NCBI GenBank assembly: GCA_963664405.1
Contig: OY761158.1
Span: forward strand, 4,928,001-4,992,000
Direction of reading: 5' to 3'
DNA: 64,000 nt
Origin: Thermoanaerobaculia bacterium
Lineage (GTDB): Bacteria > Acidobacteriota > Thermoanaerobaculia > Multivoradales > Multivoraceae
Program-made: the position numbers and the translations under genes
Notes under the pieces: model-generated
Database searches by the model: none
Seen by the model: only the letters and a program-made list of their open reading frames with translations
What the model was told of the DNA's origin: nothing
Shown: positions 31,261-39,545 of the stretch, piece by piece
Layout: each line of letters begins with the position of its first letter
How positions within the stretch are numbered: the first letter of the stretch is position 1

Positions 31261-33265
31261 GGGTCGGCGCGGAAATAAGTTTCCAGTATCTGGGGTGACC
31301 ATACCACTGCCCCCTTCTTCAGCCACCGCATAATCCTCCGGTACGCGCCTTGTTTGCAAGGTTTAGAGCTAGCATAGCCCTGCCCGCATTTGGTATAGTT
31401 TCCCCTGTCACCTCTTTTGGAAGGGGAACTATACCAAATGGTACGAGCCGAAGATCGTGATGCAACAGTGCGCGAGCTCTTGATGAGCGAACAGATGGCC
31501 ACCATGGATGAGCTCAAGGACGCCATGGGAACCCGAGCCACCATGACGGTCTACCGTTCGCTGTCTCGATTGGGCTATTTGGCCAGCTACTCGGATCGAG
31601 GGCGGTTCTATACCTTGAACGAGATTCCCGATTTCGACGATCTGGGTTTGTGGTCGTGCGGTTCGGCGAGGTTCAGTCGGCATGGCAGCCTCCTCGAAAC
31701 TGCGGTGGCTGCCGTGGACCGGTCCGCTGCCGGCTATACGGCTTCTGAACTCGAGCTCCTGCTGCAGGTCGAGGTCAAGCACGCGATGTTGCACCTCGTT
31801 CGTCGCAAGAGAATCGTACGATCCAGAGTTGGGAAGAGGTTCGTATACTTGTGCTCGGAAACAGGGCGCCGTCGTCAGCAGAAGCTGATGCGCAACGAAC
31901 GGCAGGCTCTCCAGGATGTAGCTGCCAGCCTCGTTCCAGAAGTGCTCCCCGAGGAGCTCAGGGCTGCCATCGTTTTATTCTTCAGCCTGCTAGACGAACG
32001 CCAGCGGCGGCTCTTCGCTGGCCTGGAAGCGACCAAGCTCGGGCATGGCGGCGACCGGAAGATCGCCGATCTTCTGGACCTGGACCCTCATACAGTCGCA
32101 AAAGGACGTCGCGAGCTCTTCGGCGGCTCCGTGGAGCGCGGAAGAGTTCGAAGAGCAGGCGGTGGCAACCAACGAGTGGAAAAAAAACGCCCGAGATAGT
32201 CGATGGAATCCATTCCATACTCGAGGCCGATATAGCTGGTGATCCCATGTCATCAAAAAGATGGACGCACGAGACCGCTGCAAAGGTGGCCCAATGCCTT
32301 GCCGAACGCCTTGACATCATCGTATCGGCTACGGTGGTGCGTCGATTGCTCGCAGACCTGAACTATTCCCTCAAGAGCAATAGGAAATGTCTGTCTTCGG
32401 GGAACTCCCCAGATCGTGATGCACAGTTCAAGGCCATCAAGCGACTGCGCGAGGATTTCACAAGCGCTGGCGACCCGATCATCAGCGTCGATACGAAGAA
32501 GAAGGAGCTGATCGGTCGGTTCAAGAACCAGGGACAGACATGGTGCCGCGAGGCCAAGCGGGTCAAGGATCACGACTTCCGGTCCGAAGCTCTCGCCATC
32601 GCCTCCCCCTATGGGATCTACGATCTTCAGAGGAACTTCGGCGTTCTCGTCCTCGGACAGTCGTCGGACACGCCGGAGTTCGCTGTCAACAGCATCGCGA
32701 CCTGGTGGCTCAAATACGGTCGATCTCACTATCCGGCGTCTCAGCGTCTCCTCATTCTTGCCGACAGCGGCGCAAGCAACGGCGCACGGCTTCGAGCCTG
32801 GAAGAAGTACCTCCAGGAGAAGCTCGTAGACAAGTGCGGCCTCATCATCACCGTCGCCCACTATCCAACTGGCACCAGTAAATGGAATCCCATCGAGCAC
32901 AGGATGTTCAGCGAGATCAGCAAGAACTGGGCCGGAGTTCCTCTCGAGAGTTTCGAGATCCTCGTCAACCTCGTCCGCAACACGACGACATCCACCGGAC
33001 TGCGCGTCGAGCCGTGCCGTGATCAACGCCAATACCAGAAAGGAGTCAGGGTATCGGACAAGGAAATGCTGCAGCTCGCGGTGGCCAGGAGCGACTTCCT
33101 AGGAAAGTGGAACTACACCCTCTCGCCGAGACCGCGAACCGAGCAGGAAGAGCTTGCCCCACAGCCTGGGCTCAGCTCACCACCACCTCCAATGCAGCGA
33201 CCGCCCTGTGGCGCCTCGGCCTCACACGCTCCGGCGATAATGTGAAGTTATTTCCGCGCCGACCC
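31261..33265 (+). mobile_element. ISAzo13-family insertion sequence
   Basis: Perfect 18-bp IR gggtcggcgcggaaataa; TTA target duplication; empty site at 25460-25462. Confidence 0.95.
31438..33245 (+). CDS. ISAzo13 transposase, two ORFs joined by a -1 shift at A8 (32180-32187)
   Basis: LDERQRRLFAG; GDPMS, ISVDTKKKELIG, DHDF, ADSGASNG, SKWNPIEHRMFS. Confidence 0.85.
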
Positions 33266-33352
33266 TTAGGGTCGACTGGGGCCGATCGGCGCGAAGGTGG
33301 CGAACCGCGCCCTGGCGGCCCTCCATCCTGTGTACTGCGCTAAAATCCTACG

Positions 33353-33586
33353 GTGCACGAAGCTCAGTCACGGAAAGACACCTCGACGCTCGAGGAGAGA
33401 AGTCGAAGGCGGCGCGAGCAACTCGTCGCCAACCGCACCGAGAGTTTCGACGACGCTGAAGCGTGGGATCTCGATTTCTGGCAGAGCCAGACTCCCTCCG
33501 CGAGATTGTCGGCGCTGGTAGCGATCCGGCGCGAAGTGGAGATTGTGGAAGCGGCGCGCAAGAAGGACGGCCGTAGGAGACCTTAG
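33353..33586 (+). CDS. Small NTase partner protein, copy 2
   Basis: Protein identical to 25547-25780. Confidence 0.6.
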   Translation: MHEAQSRKDTSTLEERSRRRREQLVANRTESFDDAEAWDLDFWQSQTPSARLSALVAIRREVEIVEAARKKDGRRRP

Positions 33587-33589
33587 GTC

Positions 33590-34048
33590 GTGGACACGGT
33601 CCATGACTTCGAGGATCTGCTCGAGATCTTCGCAAAATTCGAGGTTCGGTACCTCATCATTGGTGGATTGGCCTTCATCTACCACGCAAAGCCGCGGTAC
33701 ACGAAGGACCTGGATCTCTGGGTCGACCCCGAGCCGGTGAATGTGGGACGGGCCAATGAGGCTCTAGCTGCCTTCGGTAGCCCGCATCTGCTCGACGCTC
33801 GAAAAATCGACGAGATCCTCCAATTGGGAGTCGCGCCGAACCGCATCGACCTGCTACGCAACCCCGAGGGTCCGACCTTCGACGAGGCCTGGCGGCGCCG
33901 AGTTGAAGGCACCTACGGGCGCGCAGCCACGCACTGGATCGACCTGGACAGCCTGATCGACATCAAAAGCCGGATCGATCACCCGCGCCACCAAGAAGAC
34001 GCACGCGTTCTGCGGCTGGTGCGCGATCGCAAGACCCGCGACGAGTGA
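33590..34048 (+). CDS. Nucleotidyltransferase, copy 2
   Basis: Protein identical to 25784-26242. Confidence 0.8.
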   Translation: MDTVHDFEDLLEIFAKFEVRYLIIGGLAFIYHAKPRYTKDLDLWVDPEPVNVGRANEALAAFGSPHLLDARKIDEILQLGVAPNRIDLLRNPEGPTFDEAWRRRVEGTYGRAATHWIDLDSLIDIKSRIDHPRHQEDARVLRLVRDRKTRDE

Positions 34049-34083
34049 CCGCACCGAGGCCAGCGCCGGAGGGTAGCCAGAGG

Positions 34084-35151
34084 TCAGGGCCCTTGCAACG
34101 CGGGAAGCACCTCCTTGGCCGCCAGTGCGATCGCGTCGACGCCCGCCTCCGTGCGCATGAGGTTGAAGTTGAGCGCCAGGAAGAGCTTGTCGAGGCCGAG
34201 GGCGGCGAGGCCCTGGAGTCTCTCGACGCAGCGCTCCGGCGTACCGACGATCGCAAAGCGATCGATGAACTCCGGGGTCAGCGTTTGGGCTTGGCGGGAG
34301 TCGTCCCGGGTATGGGCCTTCATGTCGTAGACGCTGTGCAGCGTCTTGAGCGCTTCCTGGGTCTGGTCGGACGCGGGTCCGGTGACGGTGCCGTGCAGAA
34401 TTGAGAAGCGGGCGAAGGTGGTCAGGCCACCCTTGACCAGCTCTCGCGCGATCTCGATGCGCGGGTGACACACGCAGTTCACAAAGACGCCGAAGGCGAC
34501 TCCTTCCGGATCCAGACCGGCGCTGGCACGGGCCGACTTCGCGACTTCGATACCCCAGGCGATCCGCTCCTCGTCAGCGCCGAGGGCGAACATCAGGCGA
34601 TCGGCGTGGACGGCGGAAAGGGCAATCATCCGGGGTCCACTGACAGCGACCTCCACGGGAACCTTGCGCCCGCCTTGCAGCCACTGTATACGGCTTTCCG
34701 GCGCCGCATCGGCAAGATGCAGCTCGTCGACCGGCGCTGCCGCCGATACCTCGATCTCATCGAAGGGAATGGCTTCACCCCTCAGGTAGGCCTGCAGGTG
34801 TCGCAGATAGGTCTCGAACTGTGCGACGCGCGCCGGGGAGCGGCCCACGTCCGCGAGCGCGGAGTCGCCCCGGCCGATGCCAAGCACCGCGCGCCCGTCG
34901 GAGATCCGGTCGACGCTTGCGATGGCCGTTGCGGTTGCCGCCGCGATGCGGGTTACCGAGTTGGTCACCGCCGTTGCCAGCTTGATGCGTTCGGTCACTG
35001 TCGCTGCCATCGTCAGGGCGATGTAGGGGTCCCCCGATCGATTCTGGGAGTCGACGACCCCCAACCCATCCCATCCCTGCGCTTCGGCAAGCCGGGCTTG
35101 ATCGGCAATGGCGCGCGGCGCCGCGGGCATATGTGTCCAGACTTCCACCAT
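34084..35151 (-). CDS. LLM-class flavin-dependent oxidoreductase, copy 2
   Basis: Same-length (355 aa) paralog of 26278-27345. Confidence 0.9.
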   Translation of the reverse strand: MVEVWTHMPAAPRAIADQARLAEAQGWDGLGVVDSQNRSGDPYIALTMAATVTERIKLATAVTNSVTRIAAATATAIASVDRISDGRAVLGIGRGDSALADVGRSPARVAQFETYLRHLQAYLRGEAIPFDEIEVSAAAPVDELHLADAAPESRIQWLQGGRKVPVEVAVSGPRMIALSAVHADRLMFALGADEERIAWGIEVAKSARASAGLDPEGVAFGVFVNCVCHPRIEIARELVKGGLTTFARFSILHGTVTGPASDQTQEALKTLHSVYDMKAHTRDDSRQAQTLTPEFIDRFAIVGTPERCVERLQGLAALGLDKLFLALNFNLMRTEAGVDAIALAAKEVLPALQGP

Positions 35152-35171
35152 AACGTTCGACTCCCTAATTA

Positions 35172-35222
35172 CAGACCTATAATTTCAACAGACCGATGAC
35201 TTCAGCAGACCTATAATAGGCG
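35172..35222. promoter_or_regulatory. Three 17-bp-period CAGACC direct repeats in a divergent intergenic region
   Basis: cagacctataatttcaa / cagaccgatgacttcag / cagacctataataggcg. Confidence 0.55.
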
Positions 35223-35276
35223 CCTCTAGAATGAATTTACCATTCGCCGATTGACGCCATCAGAGGAGATGACCCT

Positions 35277-35948
35277 ATGACCGAGTACACCACCTACGAG
35301 CAGGTCGGCGACGTTGCCCTCATCAGCATGGACGACGGCAAGGCCAACGCTTTCGGGCCACCCATGATTGCCGCCGTCAATGCAAGCCTCGACCGCGCCG
35401 CGGACGATGCCAAAGCCGTCGTATTGACCGGCCGGCCCGGCATCTTCTCGGGCGGCTTCGACCTCAACGTGATTCGCGGTGGAGACGCGGCACAGGCGCG
35501 CGCCCAGGGGTTGGGCGGCGCGCGTCTGATGATGCGTCTGTTCGGATGGCCGCAGCCCCTGGTCGTCGCTGCCCCGGGGCACGCCATTGCGCTCGGCGCT
35601 TTTTGTGTGCTCACCGGAGATCATCGCCTGGGTGCAGACGGTGAGTTTGGAGTCGGTCTGAACGAAGTCGCCATCGGCGCGACGCTGCCGCCGTTCGCCT
35701 GGCTGCTGGCGAAGGAGCGACTTTCCAAACGCTATCTGTCGCAAGCGACTCTGACCGCCAAAATTTACGACCCCAAGGGTGCGCGCGATGCCGGCTTTCT
35801 GGATGAGGTCGTGGAGGCCGACAAGCTGCGCGACGTCGCGCTCGAATGTGCGGCGAAGCTGGCCGAGCTCCCCGCCGAGGCCTATGCGGGCATGAAGCAG
35901 GGCCTGAGAGGCGAATCCATCGCCGCCGTCCTCGCCGATCTCGGCTAG
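35277..35948 (+). CDS. Crotonase/enoyl-CoA hydratase family protein
   Basis: MDDGKANA, FSGGFDL, GHAIALG, GLNEVAIG. Confidence 0.9.
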   Translation: MTEYTTYEQVGDVALISMDDGKANAFGPPMIAAVNASLDRAADDAKAVVLTGRPGIFSGGFDLNVIRGGDAAQARAQGLGGARLMMRLFGWPQPLVVAAPGHAIALGAFCVLTGDHRLGADGEFGVGLNEVAIGATLPPFAWLLAKERLSKRYLSQATLTAKIYDPKGARDAGFLDEVVEADKLRDVALECAAKLAELPAEAYAGMKQGLRGESIAAVLADLG

Positions 35949-36074
35949 GAGTCTGCGCGGCAGCAAACGAGAGCGCTGCCCGAAGCGAATAGGAAGCAGC
36001 CTCGAAGTGCGCCGTCCTCGGCGCCAAAAGAAGACTAGCTTTCGGAAATGATACTTATCATTTTCGAAAGCTAG
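35948..36074. repeat. ~125-bp structured repeat, long copy 1
   Basis: Homologous to 38423-38550; ends in a CTAG-bounded palindrome (36035-36074). Confidence 0.8.
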
Positions 36075-37264
36075 GGCTCGCGGGGAAGACCGAGCCCCCG
36101 CTCGGCGATGATATTGCGCTGGATGTTGGCGGTCCCTCCGCCGATGTGCAGGCCCAGGGCCCACATGCCCTGGCTCACCCAGCCGCCACTCCCCTTCGGG
36201 GAGGCGCCCATCAGGGTTCCCTCGGTTCCGGGTGCCGACAGTCCTTCGTCGTCGAGCAGCTCGAGGCCCAGGGCACTCATCTTGAGCGAGAGCTTGGTGG
36301 TGGCGAGCTTGTTCATGAGGCCGACGATGCCCGGCGACTCCCCACGCGCTCGATGCGTCAGTTGGCGATACATCGAGTAGCGCTGCGCCAGGGCCTCTGC
36401 CTCGATCTCGGCCAGCTGCTGGCGCACGTGGGGATCTTCGAGCGCGGGTCGACCGCCGCGGGTGCTCTCCCTGGCGAGCCGGAGGAGATTCTCGAAGAGC
36501 ACGGTGCCGTAGGAGGCGTCTCCGATCATGTTGCGTTCGTGCTGCAACGTCGTATTCGCGATCTTCCAGCCTTCGCCGCGGCTCCCGACCAGGTTGTCGG
36601 CGGGTACATGAACGTCGGTGAAGAACACCTCGTTGAAGTCGGCGTTGCCCGTCATCTGACGTAGCGGCCGCACCTCGATACCCGGCGTCTTCATGTCGAT
36701 GAGGATGTAGGAGATGCCGGCGTGCTTGCCGGCGTCGGGCTCGGTGCGACACAGACAGAACATCCAGTCGGCCTGGTTCGCTCCGCTGGTCCAGATCTTC
36801 TGACCGTTGATCACCCATTCGTCGCCGGTCAGCACCGCGCGGGTCTGGAGCGAAGCGAGGTCGCTGCCCGCTCCGGGCTCGCTGTAGCCCTGGCACCAGA
36901 TGTAGTCGCCGGCCATGGTCCGTGGAATGAAGCGCTCGCACTGTTCCTCGGTGCCGTGCTCGAGCAGTGTCGGCACGAGCATGAGCGTACCCCCGCCCTG
37001 GACCTCGCCGGGCGCTCCTGCTCGTTCGACCTCTTCGGCGATGATTGCCGCTTTCAGCACGTCCGCAGACTGCTCGGAGCCGCCGTAGCGGCGGGGCACC
37101 GCGCGGGCGTAGTAGCCGGCCTCGGTGGCGCGCCGGCGGAAGAGCCGCACTTGTCGATCGCGCGGTAGTGCCGCCTCGTCGCCGCGGAGCGGCCAGCCCG
37201 TTTCCAGAAAACCGCGAAGCTCGCTTCGAAAGGCCTCGTACTCGTCGCTGAATCTCAGATCCAT
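36071..37264 (-). CDS. Acyl-CoA dehydrogenase
   Basis: WCQGYSEPGAGSDLASL, NGQKIWTS, FNEVFF, IGGGTANIQRNIIAERGLGLPR. Confidence 0.95.
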   Translation of the reverse strand: MDLRFSDEYEAFRSELRGFLETGWPLRGDEAALPRDRQVRLFRRRATEAGYYARAVPRRYGGSEQSADVLKAAIIAEEVERAGAPGEVQGGGTLMLVPTLLEHGTEEQCERFIPRTMAGDYIWCQGYSEPGAGSDLASLQTRAVLTGDEWVINGQKIWTSGANQADWMFCLCRTEPDAGKHAGISYILIDMKTPGIEVRPLRQMTGNADFNEVFFTDVHVPADNLVGSRGEGWKIANTTLQHERNMIGDASYGTVLFENLLRLARESTRGGRPALEDPHVRQQLAEIEAEALAQRYSMYRQLTHRARGESPGIVGLMNKLATTKLSLKMSALGLELLDDEGLSAPGTEGTLMGASPKGSGGWVSQGMWALGLHIGGGTANIQRNIIAERGLGLPREP

Positions 37265-37287
37265 GTCGTCACACTCCCGGATTTCGA

Positions 37288-38367
37288 TTACCAGCCCGCG
37301 AGGTGCGCGCAACGCTCCCGCTGGTGGTCGGGTGTCCCCAGATAGGCGCGGTCAAAAAGCGCCCGTTTGAACCAGATCTGCACGTCGCACTCCCAGGTGA
37401 AGCCGATCCCGCCGTGAAGCTCCACGGCGTCGCGCGCCGTCTGCATGTAGCGGTCGGTGAAGTGGGCCTTGGCCAGGGCGGCGGTGCGCTCGGCCTCGTC
37501 GGGCAGTGCGTCGAAGGCGTAGGCGGCATACCACAGCAGCCCGCGGCTGGGCTCGGCGCGTACCGCCATTTCGGCGAGTTGATGCTTGACCGCCTGGAAC
37601 GAACCGATCGGGCGAGCGAACTGCTCGCGGGAGCGCGCGTATTCGACGCACATCTCGACCAGCTTCGACGCTCCGCCCAAGGCGTCCGCCGCGAGCAAGA
37701 CGAGGCCGGCGTTACGAACCGCGCCCGCGGTCGCGCGCCCCCCTGGGAGGACTTCGGCGGGCGTGCCATCGAAGCGCACCTGGTCGAGTCCGCGGGTGCG
37801 GTCTGCGCCCTCGAAAGGCGTGGCGTCGAGCCCCTCGGCGCCCCTCTCCACGAGAGCGAGCTCCCCTCCCTCGAGCCCGACCACGATCAGATCGGCGAAC
37901 CGACCCGCGAGCACGTACTCCTTTGCGCCGTGTACGCGCCCGTCCTGGAGCGAAGCTGACCAGGCCTCGGGGTCCCAGGCGCCGGCGGTCTCGGCAAGGG
38001 CCACCGTCGCCGTACGCTCTCCCGCCGCCAGCGCCGGCAGCCAACGGGCGCACTGCTCGTCGCTCCCTCCGCGCGCGATCGCGAGAGTCGCGAGCAGGTG
38101 GCCCAGGTACGGTCCGGCGAAGGCCCCTTCGCCCAGCGCCTCCGAGACCAGCGCGGCTTCCAACAGCCCGAGGCCCACGCCTCCCAGCGCCTCCGGGACG
38201 AGCACGCCACCCAAGCCCAGCTCCATCAGTCCCTGCCACAGCAGACGATCGTGCCCCACACCCGCGTCGAATACCTCCCGACGCTTCTCGGCAGGGTACT
38301 CCCGCGCCAGGAAATCCCTCACCGTCCGCTGGAGCATCTGCTGCTCCCCTGAAAGGCCGAAGTCCAC
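37288..38367 (-). CDS. Acyl-CoA dehydrogenase (partner subunit)
   Basis: VDFGLSGEQ, REQFARPIGSFQAVKH, LHGGIGFTWE. Confidence 0.9.
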   Translation of the reverse strand: MDFGLSGEQQMLQRTVRDFLAREYPAEKRREVFDAGVGHDRLLWQGLMELGLGGVLVPEALGGVGLGLLEAALVSEALGEGAFAGPYLGHLLATLAIARGGSDEQCARWLPALAAGERTATVALAETAGAWDPEAWSASLQDGRVHGAKEYVLAGRFADLIVVGLEGGELALVERGAEGLDATPFEGADRTRGLDQVRFDGTPAEVLPGGRATAGAVRNAGLVLLAADALGGASKLVEMCVEYARSREQFARPIGSFQAVKHQLAEMAVRAEPSRGLLWYAAYAFDALPDEAERTAALAKAHFTDRYMQTARDAVELHGGIGFTWECDVQIWFKRALFDRAYLGTPDHQRERCAHLAGW

Positions 38368-38422
38368 GTCTATCCTCCTTGCAAGGATCGCCGCCCCGCT
38401 GGGGGCGTGCGCCCCGCGTCGA

Positions 38423-38550
38423 GGAGTCTGGGCGGCAGGAAAAAAATAACGCTCTCCGAAGCGAATAGGAAGCACCGCCCAAGTGCGCCGTCCTCGGCGC
38501 CAGAAGGCAAATAGCTTGCGGAAATGATATTCATCATTTTCGCAAGCTGT
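38423..38550. repeat. ~125-bp structured repeat, long copy 2
   Basis: Direct repeat of 35948-36074; contains the stop of 38534-39475. Confidence 0.8.
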
Positions 38551-39475
38551 CCGTCCGGTCGATCCGGGTCTTGAGCTCGAAGGTGTACTCGTCTTCGAGA
38601 GCGGCGCTGTGGTGATGTCCAAAATCGCTTTCACCGAGCTTCTCGACCACTTCTTCCCATGCACGATGACTGGGGACTCGAAGCAGGCGATAGTCGCTCC
38701 AGGTGCGGCCATCGCCGACGAGTACTCCGTCGACCTCTGCTCTCATCATGGGCACTACACCTGCCTGATGGAGGATTTCCTCGGCAGACTTCTCGAACAG
38801 TTCCATCGCTTCGCGACCGCTGCGTTTCGGCTCGTTGCTGCCCGCCGGGTACTGGGCCACGTCGCGATACTTGACGAGATGGAGGAACGTAAAGGATGGA
38901 TCCTGGGCAGTCGCGGGATAGGGGATGTCCTTGGCGGCGAGGGGCGTCTTGTCAGAAAAAGTCCACGGTTCAGGCGTCGTCACTATGACCTGGGTTATAC
39001 CCAGGCTGGCTCTCTTGTGTTGGACCGTATCCCTGAATTCTGCACTCGAGGTCATTTCCCTGAACTTCGCGCGACTGGGATACATGACCATCGCGACGGT
39101 GTCCCACGTCGGGTCTTTCCCCTCCAGTTGCACTTCGACATCGCCTGCATAGACGAGATCGCCGCCCACTTTCTGGATTTCCGGCTGCGGATTGTAGCGC
39201 TGGCCGGCTTCACGTCCGCTCAACCCGGCCTCGGGGCCGTCGCCATAGTCGGCCTGGTCCCGGTACTTCATGAGGTTGAGCATGTAGAACATTTTGTCGT
39301 TCTCAGGCGCAACCGCCATGAAACTCGCCGAGTCGGGATTCGATGTGCCGAAGCTGGGACTGTCGGGCCGGCGTTGCGCACCCGCGGCAGGAGAGAACAT
39401 GAAAGCGGCCATGGCCGCGATCGCGAGCCCTGCCGTCGGACGTGAGCTAATGATCCTCGCTAAGTCGAACCTCAT
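38534..39475 (-). CDS. Secreted tandem DUF1330-like protein
   Basis: MLNLMKYRDQADY..SGREA, WDTVAMVMYPSR repeated in the second half; shared leader. Confidence 0.7.
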   Translation of the reverse strand: MRFDLARIISSRPTAGLAIAAMAAFMFSPAAGAQRRPDSPSFGTSNPDSASFMAVAPENDKMFYMLNLMKYRDQADYGDGPEAGLSGREAGQRYNPQPEIQKVGGDLVYAGDVEVQLEGKDPTWDTVAMVMYPSRAKFREMTSSAEFRDTVQHKRASLGITQVIVTTPEPWTFSDKTPLAAKDIPYPATAQDPSFTFLHLVKYRDVAQYPAGSNEPKRSGREAMELFEKSAEEILHQAGVVPMMRAEVDGVLVGDGRTWSDYRLLRVPSHRAWEEVVEKLGESDFGHHHSAALEDEYTFELKTRIDRTDSLRK

Positions 39476-39545
39476 GATGCTTTCTCCTATGCGTACACGA
39501 CTTGCCTCGGACATTTGCGCATGATCGCGTAGATTGACACATAAA

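Noticed and set aside
38520-38538. Fur box (14/19 match to GATAATGATAATCATTATC)
   Set aside because: It is part of a larger covarying palindrome, one copy lies between convergent genes, and neighbours are not iron-related; not fully excluded
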